Shown one piece after another: positions 26,709 to 37,585 of a stretch of DNA of 64,000 nucleotides (position 1 is its first letter; each line of letters starts with the position of its first letter). The notes beneath the pieces are model-generated. The model ran no database searches and was not told the origin of the DNA. It saw nothing but the letters and a program-made list of their open reading frames with translations. The position numbers and the translations under genes are program-made. Source of the DNA: an uncultured Pseudomonadota bacterium (GTDB lineage Bacteria; Pseudomonadota; Alphaproteobacteria; Rhizobiales; Beijerinckiaceae); assembly GCA_963748385.1 (NCBI GenBank), contig CAVVIQ010000013.1, positions 95,908-159,907 on the forward strand, in the 5' to 3' direction.

Positions 26709-28064
26709 TCATTGCGGATCCGGCGGTCCGGCCTCCCGGCTTTCAGCTTCCGCGCGCGGGGAAGCTGCGGTCGACAAAGCGGCGCGGCGCTGTTCGAAAC
26801 GCCGCATGGCGTGCTGGACTGCGAGCGTGGTTTTCCACTGCTCGCCCGCGTTGGCGCCCCGGGCGTTGACGCTGGCGGCGACCGCCTCGTGCAGTTCCTG
26901 TTCCAGACTGTCGAGCCGCGCGCGGTCGGCCGTCGCCGCGTCATTGGCGATGGCGACCAGTCGCCGCAGCGCATCGTGGTCCTTCCTGGTTCCGCGCGCG
27001 CGCCAGGTCGAGAACAGAAGGGTGAGCAGCGAGGCGGCGAGGCTCAGCGGGATTCCGACGATATAGAGATAGCGCTGGGCCTGATCGAAGAAGCTCTGGT
27101 CGCCGTTGTTGAGATAATCGGCGAAGCCGGGATGGATCGGCAGCAGGGGATTCTGGTCGCTGACGTCAGGCGCCTCGATCTGGCCGGCGATGGGCGACAA
27201 ATTCATCATCTGCCCCTTGGCGGACAGGATCGAGCGGCCGATGGCGTTGGCGACGATGTCCGGCATGGTGATCGGCACCGCGAAGCGATAATTGACCCCG
27301 ATCGTGGTCACCGTGTCGTCCGGCACGTCCGGCCCGGAGTGGAACCCGCCCTGCGGCACGTCGGTGGACTCGAAGATGGGAAAGCGTTTGACGATGGCGT
27401 CGGCGTCGTCGAAGCCGAGAATTTTCGGCGCCGCTTTGGTCTCGCGCTCGATCGACGCGACCGTCGCTACCACGTCGCCGGGGCCGACCGGGCCGACGGC
27501 CAGCGCCGCCGAGGCCTTTTTGCGCGCGATCGCTGCGCCGATCTCGCCGGCGGGCAGGAAAAGGCGTTTCACCTTGTCGGGCGCGATATTGTAATAGCTG
27601 AGCAGGATGTCGAGGGCGTGGGAATTGTCGTCCTGCGCCGGCCCGGCGGCAATCGCGAGGGTCTTGCCGGAAAGGTCGGCGAGGCTGGAAATCTGCGAAT
27701 GATGGGGCGTGATAAAGGCCATGGCGTCGTGGCGCAGGATCACCAGCGTCTCGCCATTGGCCGGCAGGCGGACATCGCTGCGGATCACGGCGAGATCGAC
27801 CTTGCCTTGCTCCAGCGCGTCGGCGCTGGCGCGCAGATTGTCCACCGTGACGGTCTTGATCCGGATGCGGGGATGCTGCGCCTCCGCGACCTTGATGAAG
27901 GCTTCGATGAAGCGATGCGCCTGCCCGCCCTCGGGTCCGGTGGTGATGCGCAGCACCGCATGGGGCGAAAAGAGATAGAGCGCCGCCAGCGCCCCGCCCA
28001 GCAGCAGGAAGGCGAACGCCGCGGCGACGGCCATCGCGCGCGATTTGGCGAAAAGTCCGATCAA
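26709..28064 (-). CDS. TAXI-family TRAP solute-binding protein with N-terminal anchor and C-terminal TM/helical extension
   Basis: [32 protein letters not shown], then a second hydrophobic segment. The start is uncertain (28064 TTG or 28034 ATG). Confidence 0.75.
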   Translation of the reverse strand: MIGLFAKSRAMAVAAAFAFLLLGGALAALYLFSPHAVLRITTGPEGGQAHRFIEAFIKVAEAQHPRIRIKTVTVDNLRASADALEQGKVDLAVIRSDVRLPANGETLVILRHDAMAFITPHHSQISSLADLSGKTLAIAAGPAQDDNSHALDILLSYYNIAPDKVKRLFLPAGEIGAAIARKKASAALAVGPVGPGDVVATVASIERETKAAPKILGFDDADAIVKRFPIFESTDVPQGGFHSGPDVPDDTVTTIGVNYRFAVPITMPDIVANAIGRSILSAKGQMMNLSPIAGQIEAPDVSDQNPLLPIHPGFADYLNNGDQSFFDQAQRYLYIVGIPLSLAASLLTLLFSTWRARGTRKDHDALRRLVAIANDAATADRARLDSLEQELHEAVAASVNARGANAGEQWKTTLAVQHAMRRFEQRRAALSTAASPRAEAESREAGPPDPQ

Positions 28065-28237
28065 GCTTCCGCTTCCTGCGTTTCGGGCGGTTGAAGCATA
28101 GAGCGGCGGCGGACGACGGGGAAGCTGAAAACGCGCCAAGCTTGTGGCGAAGCCTGCCAGACGGCAAAATGGCCGCCGCGGGCGTCGCGAGGATTCGATT
28201 CGCGGCCTTGTTCATACGCGCCGGAAGGGGCTCATTC

Positions 28238-28720
28238 ATGCGCTGTCCCTATTGCGGCAGTCTCGACACCCAGGTGAAGGATTCGCGGCCGACCGACAAC
28301 TCGTCCTCGATCCGCCGCCGCCGCGTCTGCCCCGATTGCGGCGGGCGCTTCACCACTTTCGAGCGCGTGCAGTTGCGCGAACTGACAGTGGTCAAGAAAT
28401 CCGGCCGGCGGGCGCCCTTCGACCGCGACAAGCTGGTCCGTTCGGTGCAGATCGCCTTGCGCAAGCGCCCGGTGGACCCGGAGCGCGTCGATCGCATGAT
28501 CAACGGCCTCGTTCGCCAGCTTGAAAATCAGGGCGAGGCGGAAATTCCCTCGGAAACCATCGGCGAACTGGTGATGCAGGGGCTTAAAACGCTCGACGAA
28601 GTCGCCTATGTGCGTTTCGCTTCCGTCTACAGGAATTTCCGCGAGGCGCGCGATTTCGGCCCGCTGCTCGACGAATTCGCGGAAGAAGGAGCGGCGCGGC
28701 GCAAGGGGGAGGACGCCTGA
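28238..28720 (+). CDS. nrdR: Transcriptional repressor NrdR
   Basis: [24 protein letters not shown] cone, [10 protein letters not shown]. Confidence 0.97.
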   Translation: MRCPYCGSLDTQVKDSRPTDNSSSIRRRRVCPDCGGRFTTFERVQLRELTVVKKSGRRAPFDRDKLVRSVQIALRKRPVDPERVDRMINGLVRQLENQGEAEIPSETIGELVMQGLKTLDEVAYVRFASVYRNFREARDFGPLLDEFAEEGAARRKGEDA

Positions 28721-28721
28721 G

Positions 28722-29825
28722 GTGGTTTTTTCCGCCGAAGACGCGCGCTTTTTCCGCGCCGCCCTCGCGCTCGGCCGGCGCCATCTCGGCGCGACCGCGC
28801 CCAATCCGGCGGTCGGCGCGCTGGTCGTTCGCGACGGCGTCGTGGTCGGGCGCGGCGCGACGGCGCCCGGCGGGCGCCCGCACGCCGAGACCCAGGCGCT
28901 GGCGCAGGCCGGCGAACGCGCGTGGGGCGCGACCCTTTATGTGACCTTGGAGCCCTGCGCCCATCACGGCAAGACTCCGCCCTGCGCCGAAGCTGTGGTC
29001 GCGGCGGGGATCGCGCGGGTGGTCGGGGGACCGACCGATCCCGACGACCGCGTGGCGGGCGAAGGTTATTCGCTGCTGCGGCGGGAGGGGATCGAGGTCG
29101 AGGCCGACGTCCTGCCGGAAGAGGGCAGGCGGGCCCATCGCGGCCATATCCTGCGCGTCACCGAAGGCCGGCCGATGGTGACCCTGAAGATCGCCCAGAC
29201 GGCGGACGGCTATGCGGCGGGCGGCCCGCACGATCCGCGCCTCGCCATCACTGGCCTGGCGGCCAATCTGCGCACCCATGTTTTACGCGCCATGCACGAC
29301 GCGATCATGGTCGGGATCGGCACGGCGCTCGGCGACGATCCGCTGATGACCGTGCGCCTGCCGGGCTGCGACCGCAAACCCTTGCGTGTGGTGCTCGACG
29401 CCCGGCTCGACCTTCCGTTGCGCTCGCGTCTCGTTGTCGGGGCGCGGGAGATTCCGACGCTGGCGTTCTGCGGCGCGGGCGCCGATCCGGCGCGGCGCGC
29501 GGCGCTGGAAGAGCAGGGCGTCGAAGTCGCAGAATGCGATATGTCCGATGGACGGATCGACCTGCGGGCCGCGCTGCGCGCGCTTGCCGCGCGCGGACTG
29601 ACGAGAATCTTTTCCGAGGGCGGACCGCGCGTCGGCTCCGAATTGATCGCGCAGGGCCTTGCCGACGAGACGATCCTGTTCACGGCGCCCAAACCCCTCG
29701 GGCGAGAGGGCGTCGAGGCGCTTTCCGCGCGCGCGAGAGAGATTCTCGCCGACGAGGCCCTCTATCGCATCGTGGCGCAGGGCCAGCTCGGCGCCGACCG
29801 CTTCACCCATCATGAGAGGATCTGA
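28722..29825 (+). CDS. ribD: Bifunctional riboflavin deaminase/reductase
   Basis: PNPAVG, PHAE, YVTLEPCAHHGKTPPC, EGGP. Confidence 0.96.
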   Translation: MVFSAEDARFFRAALALGRRHLGATAPNPAVGALVVRDGVVVGRGATAPGGRPHAETQALAQAGERAWGATLYVTLEPCAHHGKTPPCAEAVVAAGIARVVGGPTDPDDRVAGEGYSLLRREGIEVEADVLPEEGRRAHRGHILRVTEGRPMVTLKIAQTADGYAAGGPHDPRLAITGLAANLRTHVLRAMHDAIMVGIGTALGDDPLMTVRLPGCDRKPLRVVLDARLDLPLRSRLVVGAREIPTLAFCGAGADPARRAALEEQGVEVAECDMSDGRIDLRAALRALAARGLTRIFSEGGPRVGSELIAQGLADETILFTAPKPLGREGVEALSARAREILADEALYRIVAQGQLGADRFTHHERI

Positions 29826-30446
29826 ATGTTCACCGGCCTGATCAGCGATGTCGGAAAGCTCGTTTCGGTGACGCCGCGCGGCGGCCTCAAGCGTCTGAAG
29901 ATCGCTTCGCATTATCCGCATGAGAGCCTGGAGCTCGGCGCCTCGGTGGCTCATGACGGGGTCTGCATGACGCTGGTCGCCTTCGGCCCGCGCGCCGACG
30001 AGGAGGGTTTTGTCAGCTGGCACGAGGTGGACGCCGCCGCCGAGACCCTGGCCGTGACCACGGCGGGCGCCTGGCCGCAGGGCGAGCGGATCAATCTGGA
30101 GCGGGCGCTCCGGCTGGGCGACGAGCTTGGCGGCCATATGGTGTCCGGCCATGTCGATGGCGTCGCGACTCTTTTGTCGCGGCGCGATTTTGACGGCATG
30201 GCCCATTTCGAGATCGAGGCCCCTAAAAATCTGGCGAAATTCGTCGCGGAAAAAGGCTCGGTGGCGCTGAACGGGACCTCGCTGACGGTGAACAAGGTCG
30301 AGAACAACGTTTTCACCATCCTTCTCATCCCGCACACGCTCGAAGTGACGAATTGGGGCGGGCGCAAGCCGGGCGACCGGCTCAATATCGAAGTGGACAC
30401 CATGGCGCGCTATGCCGCGCGGCTGGTCGAAGCGGCGGGGGAGTGA
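29826..30446 (+). CDS. ribE: Riboflavin synthase (alpha chain)
   Basis: MFTGLI N-terminus, NLERAL, GGHMVSGHVD, LIPHT. Confidence 0.96.
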   Translation: MFTGLISDVGKLVSVTPRGGLKRLKIASHYPHESLELGASVAHDGVCMTLVAFGPRADEEGFVSWHEVDAAAETLAVTTAGAWPQGERINLERALRLGDELGGHMVSGHVDGVATLLSRRDFDGMAHFEIEAPKNLAKFVAEKGSVALNGTSLTVNKVENNVFTILLIPHTLEVTNWGGRKPGDRLNIEVDTMARYAARLVEAAGE

Positions 30447-30514
30447 CGCGGGTTCAGCAAAATCGCGCACGCCGCGCTTCTCGCGGCGCGCCCCGAAAAT
30501 GTTGTCTCGTGTGC

Positions 30515-30549
30515 TTGCGCCCTCCAGTCACGGGTGACAGTAATTGTCA
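30515..30549 (+). promoter_or_regulatory. Putative promoter with operator-like palindrome upstream of the ThDP-enzyme operon
   Basis: Perfect inverted repeat TGACA-GTAAT-TGTCA (30535-30549) overlaps GTCAC-GG-GTGAC and a possible -10 element (AGTAAT). TTGCGC at 30515 could be the -35. Confidence 0.5.
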
Positions 30550-30653
30550 TACAGCGACTGGAGCCGCATGCTGAAGCGCCCGGAGGCGCCTCCCCATTTT
30601 CGCTCCCGACGCAGCTGGCGAGAACCGTCGGTGAACCGGGCGGGAGGGTTGTG

Positions 30654-32406
30654 ATGAAACGGACCGGCGCGGAACTCGTGCGCTATGCGCTGGAGCGGAT
30701 CGGCGCCCGCTTCACCTTCGGCATTCCCGGCGTCCACACCACTGAAATTTACGATCAGCTGTCGAGCTCGCCTTCCGTTCGTCCGATCCGCGTGACAAGC
30801 GAATGTGGCGGCGCGTTCATGGCCGACGCGGTGAGCCGCACGAACGACTTTCCCGGCGTCCTGCTGATCGTGCCGGCCGCGGGAACCGCCATGGCGTATC
30901 CGGGCATCGGCGAGGCCTTCCTCGATGGAATTCCCTTGCTGGTGATCTCGGGCGGCATTCGCAACGATCTGCCGTTTCGCTATCAACTGCACGAGATCGA
31001 CCAGATGGAAATGGTCCGCGCCGTGACCAAGGGGCGGTGGCGTGTCGAGAACTCACGCCGATATCGTCCCGACGATCTTCGAAGCCTGGCGACTTGCGAC
31101 CCACGGCGAACCGGGGCCGGTTTTTGTCGAAGTGCCGACGAACATCCAGCTCTTTCCGGGCGACGCAGGAGAATTGCCGGACTTCACGCCGGCGTCCGCT
31201 CCGGCCTTGCCCGCCTCCGCCGATATCGAGGCGGCCCGTGAGCTGCTGGAATCGGCGGCGCGTCCTGGCCTGTTCCTTGGCTGGGGCGCTCGCGACGCAA
31301 CCGCGCTCGCGATCGAACTCGCCGAGCTTCTGGAGGCGCCGGTCGCGACCACCTTGCAGGGGCTCAGCGTCTTTCCCGCGACGCACGCCCTGCACGCCGG
31401 CATGGGCATTGGGCCCGCAGCCGTCCCGGCGGCGACCAACGCCTTCGCCGACTGCGACGTTCTTCTTGCGGTCGGCACGAGGTTTGCGGAGATCGCGACC
31501 GGCAGCTTCGGCTTGAAACAGACCTGGAAACTCATTCACGCGGACATAAATCCGCAGGTCTTCAACGCGAACTATCCGGCCGCAGTGACGCTGGAAGGCG
31601 ACGCCCGCGAAATTCTGGCGGCGCTGCTGGGGCGGCTTCGCCAGCAGGGCGTCCAGGGCCGCAACGCGGCGGGCTTGCGCGAGCGCATCGCCGCGGACAA
31701 GCAGGCCTATCTGGAAGAATGGCTGAGCCACGATGGGAGGGGCCGCGTAAATCCAGCGCGCTTCTTTCAGGCGTTGCGCCGCCGGCTTGCGGATGACGCT
31801 TATCTGGTCGCCGACGACGGGAACCATACCTTCCTGGTCGCCGAGCTTTTTCAGGCGACGCGCAGCCGGCATGTGCTGTCGCCGTCGGACTTCAATTGCA
31901 TGGGTTACTGCGTACCGGCGGCGATCGGCGTGAAATTCGCCCATCCGCAACAGGAAGTGGTGGGCATTGTCGGCGATGGCGCCTTCCTGATGACGGGAAC
32001 GGAAATCCTGACCGCGGTCGAGCATCGGCTCGGCGTCGTCTATTATGTCTTCAACGATGGCGAACTCTCGCAGATTTCACAGGCGCAAAAGCTGCCATAC
32101 AACCGCAAGGCCTGCACGGTGCTGCCGGAATTGCAGATCAGCGGCCTCGCCCAGGCGGTCGGCGCGGCCTATCTGCGGATGGCGGACGACGGATCGATCG
32201 ACAGCGTGATGGAAGAAGCCCACGCCATAAGCCTTACAGGCCGGCCGGCGATCGTTGACGTTCGCATCGACTATTCCAAGCCGACGCGTTTCACCAGGGG
32301 CATTATCAAGACGAATTTGGAGCGCATGAGTTTGAGCGACAAGGCTCGGACGATCGGCCGCGCGGTATGGCGCCATGTTGTTCCGCCGGCTGGAGGAAAC
32401 GATTGA
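30654..32406 (+). CDS. ThDP-dependent enzyme of the acetolactate-synthase-like family (apparent frameshift about 31050)
   Basis: FGIPGVH, catalytic Glu in VTSE, GPVFVEVP, MGYCVPAAIG, ThDP motif GDGAFLM...VFNDG. Confidence 0.88.
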
Positions 32407-33428
32407 TGAGCGCCCCGAAGATCCTGTTCGTCGGCGCGGGCGCGATTGGCGCGTCGGTCGCCGCCTGGATGGCCGCCGGCGGCGCCAATGTGACGGTCAT
32501 GGACGTCGGCGAGATCGCCGCGGCGCTGCGTCAGTCCGGCGTGACCACTTATGAGACTGGAGATCCCGAGCGAACGCGCCAAACCGTGAAAGTCGGCGTG
32601 ACCGAGCGGCTGAGCGCATGCCGCGACGCCGAGATTGTCGTCCTGGCGGTCAAGAATTACGACCTCGACGACGTCGCCCGGCAAGTCCGGGAGGAATTGG
32701 GCGACCGGCCGATCGTCGTGTCCATGGCCAACGGCTGCGACAACCAGCAGATCCTGCCAAAATATTTTTCTCGCGTGATCTATTGCGTGGTCGGCTACAA
32801 CGCCTGGCGGGAGAAGCCTGTCGTGGTGGGCTACCAGAAGAAGGGACCGTTGCTGATCGGCGCGCTGGACGACAAGCTCGGAGCGGAGTTGCAGCTCGTT
32901 CGGGACGTCCTGGCGCGAGGCTGCCCAACCGAGATCGTGGACCGGTTTCAGGACGCCGCGCATACCAAAATCGTGTTGAATCTGACCAATGCGCTCGATG
33001 CATTGGTGGGACGCGGCTACCGGCCGATTTCCAGTTTCGCCGTCTATCAGCGTCTGCTTTCACAGACATTGTGGGAGGGCGTGCAAGTCGTGCGCGCGGC
33101 CGGCTTTCGCGAACATCGAATCGCCGGATTGCCGTCCTTCGCGCTGCTGCGTCTTACCGCGCTCATGCCGGGCTGGCTGACGCGGCCCCTGTTCCGCCGC
33201 AAGCTGCGAGCGATGGTGATGGCGAGCATGGCGCAGGACGTGGCGCTTCGCGGGGCCCGTCAAACGGAGCTCGAATCGATCACCGGCTATGTCGTTCGGC
33301 TAGCCGCCCGGGTTGGCGTGGCGGTCCCCTATAACGAGGCGATCTACCGGCTGGCGAAAGAAAAGTTTCACCCCGGCTTCGAGCCGCTCAGTTGCGAAGA
33401 GGTGCTGGCCGCCGTCGCACGAAACTGA
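32406..33428 (+). CDS. Ketopantoate reductase (ApbA/PanE)-family oxidoreductase
   Basis: Rossmann GAGAIG, VLAVKNYD, SMANG, TKIVLN, SMAQD..TELESITG. Coupled to the upstream gene via TGATG. Confidence 0.85.
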   Translation: MSAPKILFVGAGAIGASVAAWMAAGGANVTVMDVGEIAAALRQSGVTTYETGDPERTRQTVKVGVTERLSACRDAEIVVLAVKNYDLDDVARQVREELGDRPIVVSMANGCDNQQILPKYFSRVIYCVVGYNAWREKPVVVGYQKKGPLLIGALDDKLGAELQLVRDVLARGCPTEIVDRFQDAAHTKIVLNLTNALDALVGRGYRPISSFAVYQRLLSQTLWEGVQVVRAAGFREHRIAGLPSFALLRLTALMPGWLTRPLFRRKLRAMVMASMAQDVALRGARQTELESITGYVVRLAARVGVAVPYNEAIYRLAKEKFHPGFEPLSCEEVLAAVARN

Positions 33429-33518
33429 TCGGCTGCGCCCGCCGCGCAAGAGGCGAACGCCCGGCAGGGGCCGTCGACGATGGCGCGGGACCCGCAAAAG
33501 CGGGCTCTGTTTTTCGCC

Positions 33519-34948
33519 TCAAAGGATCGGCGCGAAAAGCCGGGCGATGGGCGCGGCGACGCGCAGGGCGAGCTTCTGGCCGGAAAGGGGGCGCTCCACC
33601 GCCGCCGCGGCGCCAAAATCCTTTTCCAGCATGGCGGCGACTTTTTCTGCAAACTCCTGATCGAAGACGAGCGCGCTGGCCTCGAAATTCAGGCGGCACG
33701 AGCGGCTGTCGAGATTATGGCTGCCGATCGCGGCGATCCGGTCGTCGATCAGCACGACCTTCTGGTGCATGAATCCGGGCCGGTAGCGATAAAACCGCAC
33801 GCCGGAGCCGCGCATCTCTTCGACAAAGGCGAAACCGGCCAGCCAGACCAGCCAATGATCGCGCTCTCCGGCGAGCATCACCCGCACGTCGACGCCGCGC
33901 GCCGCCGCCACCCGCATCGCGTTCATCAGGCTGGGGTCGGGCGTGAAATAGGGCGAGCCGATCCAGAGTTCTTCTGCGCGCGCAGGTCAGGGCGTGGAGG
34001 AAATAGAGACAGCCGGTTTCCTGCGCGTCCGCCGGTCCCGAGGCGAGGACGAGCGCGGTGACGTCGTTCGGCGTCGCGTCGGGCCGCCAGTTCAGGTTCA
34101 GGCTTTCGCCGGTCGCCCAATGCCAGTCCTCGGCGAAATGGGCCTGGAGCTGCGCCACAGCCGGGCCGGTGAGGCGCACCATCGTATCGCGCCAGGGGCC
34201 CAGGCGGGGGTTGTGGCCCAGATATTCGTCGCCGAAATTGAACCCGCCGGTGAAGCCGGTTTCCCCATCGACGATCACGATCTTGCGGTGATCGCGGAAA
34301 TTGAGCCGCATCGGCGCGAACAGCCGGCTCTTGTGGCGGGCGTGGAAATTGGCGATCGCGACGCCGCCCTCGCGCAGCCCCTCGACATAAGCGCGGCCGA
34401 GGCTATGGCTGCCGAACGGATCGTAGAGAACATGGACGCGCACGCCCTCGCGCGCCCTGGCGATGAGCCGCTGCCGGAGCATCACGGCCGGTCTGGTCGT
34501 CGCGCAATATATAGGTCTCGATCAGGATGTAATGGCGGGCGGCGGCGATGGCCGCGAAAATCGCGTCGAACGCGGCATGGTCGATCAGCAGTTCCGCCGC
34601 GTTTCCCGCGACCGCGCGCCGTTCGGCGAGGGATTCGAAGCCCGCCCGCACCGGATCGCCCTCGTCCTCCGCCGCCGGCTTGCGGTCGTCGAACCCGCCC
34701 ATTCCGGCGCGGCTTGAGATTTCCGAGGACCGGCGCGCCCGCACCATGTTGGGATAGCGGAAATCGCCGAAGACCAGATAGGCCGGAACGCCCAGCCAGG
34801 GCAGGACCATCAGGAAGAAGGTCCAGCCGACCGCGCCCTGCGGCGTGCGCGCCGAGCGGATCGCGCGAAAGGCGAAAAAAAACGCCGTGACCTGAAGGGC
34901 GAACAGCCCGGCGGACCATCCGGCGGCGGTGGGGAGATGAAAAGCCAT
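33519..34948 (-). CDS. cls: Cardiolipin synthase (apparent frameshifts about 34480 and 33970)
   Basis: N-terminal two-TM PLDc_N region (RTPQGAVGW), two HKD motifs (DHRKIVIVD..GGFN; MHQKVVLID..GSHNLD). Confidence 0.88.
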
Positions 34949-35160
34949 CGACCACAGGCAACAGAATTTCGCGCGCCTCGGCAAGCGGCAAAATCGCGCT
35001 TTCCGCCGCCGGCGATCCGGAACCTGCCAAAAAAAGGACCCGTTTCCGGGGGGAGGAAACGGGCCAAGTCCCTCTCCAACAACCGCGTCCCCACGCTGGG
35101 ACACGGCTGTCTGGGCAGGAGAGCCTAGGATATCGTAGGATCTTGTCCCTCACGTTCGGG

Positions 35161-35255
35161 GGCTTGCGGCCCGATTTCTTCGCGGGCTCTCGTTATTTGT
35201 TTTTGCGCATATTCTTTTCCGAAAACCGGAGCCACTTTTCGGGAATATGCGCTAG
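35161..35255. repeat. Palindromic intergenic repeat (RIME/Bru-RS/CIR-like), copy 2
   Basis: Minus strand reads TAGCGCATATTCCCGAAAAGTGGCTCCGGTTTTCGGAAAAGAATATGCGCAAAAACAAATAACGAGAG. The hairpin spans 35205-35252 and overlaps the cbbO stop codon. Confidence 0.75.
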
Positions 35256-37574
35256 CCCGTCAGTTCGGCGAAAAGCTGCGGCAGGCGTTCGGGCAGACGC
35301 TCGACCTTGTCGACGATGGCGAAACCCTTGGCGCCGAAAATGCGCTGGACATAATGATCGGCGCGCGGGTCGAGCGTCAGGCAGAAAGTGTGGATTCCGC
35401 TCTGGCTCAATTCCTCCACCGCCTTTTTCGCGTCGCGGCGCAGGTAATTGGGATCGCGCTCGTCCACATCCGCCGGCTCGCCGTCGGTGACCAGCAGGAT
35501 CAGCTTTTTCTTCTGCGGCTGGCGGCGCAATTTGGCGCCCGCATGGCGCAAGGCCGCGCCCATCCGCGTCGAAAATGCCGCCCTTCATCCCTGCAAGCCG
35601 CGTCTTGGCCGTGTCGTCGAACCGCGTCTCGAAGGGTTTCAAGGGGAAAATATTTCACGTCGCCGCGCCCGTCCGAGCAGAAGCCGTCCAGAGCGAAAGG
35701 ATCGCCGATGTCGGACAGGACGCGCGAAAGCAAGGCCGAGGCGTCGCGGGTCAGGCCGAGAATGCTCTGCTCGCCCGTGGGCGCCGGATCGTTGGTGGAT
35801 TCCGACAGGTCGAGCAGGATCAGCACCGCGAGATCGCGGGTTTTCAGGCGGTTGCGCATGGTGATGCGCGGGTCCGGGTCGCGCCCGAGCCGCAGGTCGA
35901 TCAGATAATCTACCGCCGCGTTGATGTCGATCTCGTCGCCGTCCTCGAGCTTGCGCTCGCGCTGCACGCCTTGCGGCCTGAGCTTGTCCACGATCTGGCG
36001 CAGGCGGCTGGCGACCGGCTTGTGGCGCGAGACGATGGCGTCGATGTCGTTCGCGATCGCCGGGCGGACTGCGATATTCGCGCAGGATCGCCCAATCTGG
36101 CCTGAAGGTTTGCGCCTGATAATCCCATTCGTGATAGGGGAACGGGGTCGGAGACCGGATCGGTCCCGTATTTCTCGTTGAACGTCGTGTCGTCGTCGTC
36201 ATAGAGCGCGCCGTCGAGCGTCCAGACTTCCTGGGCGTCGTCGCCGGCGGTCTCGACCTCCACCTCGTTGACGAATTCCATCAGCGAGACGCGGCGGCGC
36301 GTCTGTTTCGGCATGTGGAGCAATTCGGCTTCGCGCGACCAGTCGAGTTCGGCGAAGGCCCAGATATAGCGGTTGTCGTCGCGATGGGGCAGGCGCAGGC
36401 GCCGCAATTGCCGCAGCGAGGGCAGGGCGCGGCGGTTGGCCAGCAGATGATAGAGCTCCAGCCCCAGGCCCCAGGCGAAATTCGCGTCTTCGCCTTTTTG
36501 CGCAAAAGTCTCGTGGAATCGGCGGGCGAAAGAATCGGCCTCGGCGTCGCCGGTCGACGCGTCCGGGTCGAGCAGGGCGAGGGCGAGGCGCTCCAGCAGC
36601 TTCTGCGAAGGATGTTCGGACGGGCCGCGTTCGATGGCGAGCGCCGGGCGCCACAGGCTTTTCAAGCCGGGCAGGTCGCGCAGCGCCAGAGCTTCGACGC
36701 GCGCGTCCTCGATGAAGCCGATCAGCGTCATCTGCGCCTGGGTCAGCTCCTGGGCGGAAATCGGCTCGCGCATATAGACGAGATGGGCGGCCATATGGGC
36801 GGCGGCCGCGCGGAACAGGTCGAGGCCGGGCAGGCCCGGCTCGTCCTGCGCGGCGTCGGGCAGGCGCAGCGCGTAATCCTCGATGAAGGGCTGGAATTCG
36901 GCATATTCGGCGGAAGCCGGGCGCAGATAGAACTCGCGGCCCCACAGCGCGCGCAGAGTGGCGGTCAATTTCCGTTGGTGGTCGACGAACAGCGCCCCCT
37001 TGCGCTCCTTCTGCAGCACGGCGAGGCTGTCGGGCGTCTTCAGCGCGAAATATTGCGCTTGCGTCTTGAAATCGGTGCGATGGGCCTCGGCGCCGAAGAA
37101 GGCCCAGCGCCGCAAGCCGCCCAGCGACAGCTTGTGCAGAAGGTCGTCGAGCACGCCGAACATCGGGCGCAAGCCTCGTGGCGCCTTGGCGGAAAGCTGG
37201 TGCAGGAACTGGACATAAGCCGCGAAGAGATCGGCGTCGCCGAGCCGCCGCGCGGCGTTGGGCGCGGTCGAGAGGAACATGGCGATGACCTCGCCGGAGG
37301 TGACCGAGGCGAGCTTCATCGCGGCCAGCGCGCAATGCTTGACCTGGTCCTCGCCAATTTCGCGCGCCAGCGCCGGCATGGCTTCGAGAAAGGCCAGCAC
37401 CGGGCCGGGGCCGCGGCCGAGTTCGGAAAGGCCGCGCGCGCCTTCGAGATAATTGCGCAGGCCGGCGGGGCTCAAGTTTCGCGCGGCCTCGTGCAGGACC
37501 GCGTCGAGGACCTCGGCGATTTGCGGCGAGACCTCGGCGAGGGACTGCCGAGTGGCGGCGAGTTCCGGGTCCAT
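35252..37574 (-). CDS. cbbO: Rubisco activase adaptor CbbO (VWA domain; about four apparent frameshifts between 36150 and 35570)
   Basis: YHEWDY, EDGDEIDINAAVD, MIDAS LLDLSES and LVTDGEP, distributed over successive frames; directly downstream of cbbQ. Confidence 0.9.
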
Positions 37575-37585
37575 CGCCGCCTCCG

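Noticed and set aside
30654-32406. Calling the ThDP enzyme ilvB/ilvI or gcl
   Set aside because: There is no small regulatory subunit or ilvC, the RHE motif is altered, and the retained catalytic Glu argues against canonical Gcl.
35252-36200. cbbO as a true pseudogene (inactive activase)
   Set aside because: All VWA motifs are present in order with no in-frame substitution decay, and the error pattern matches the rest of the window. This cannot be fully excluded without reads.
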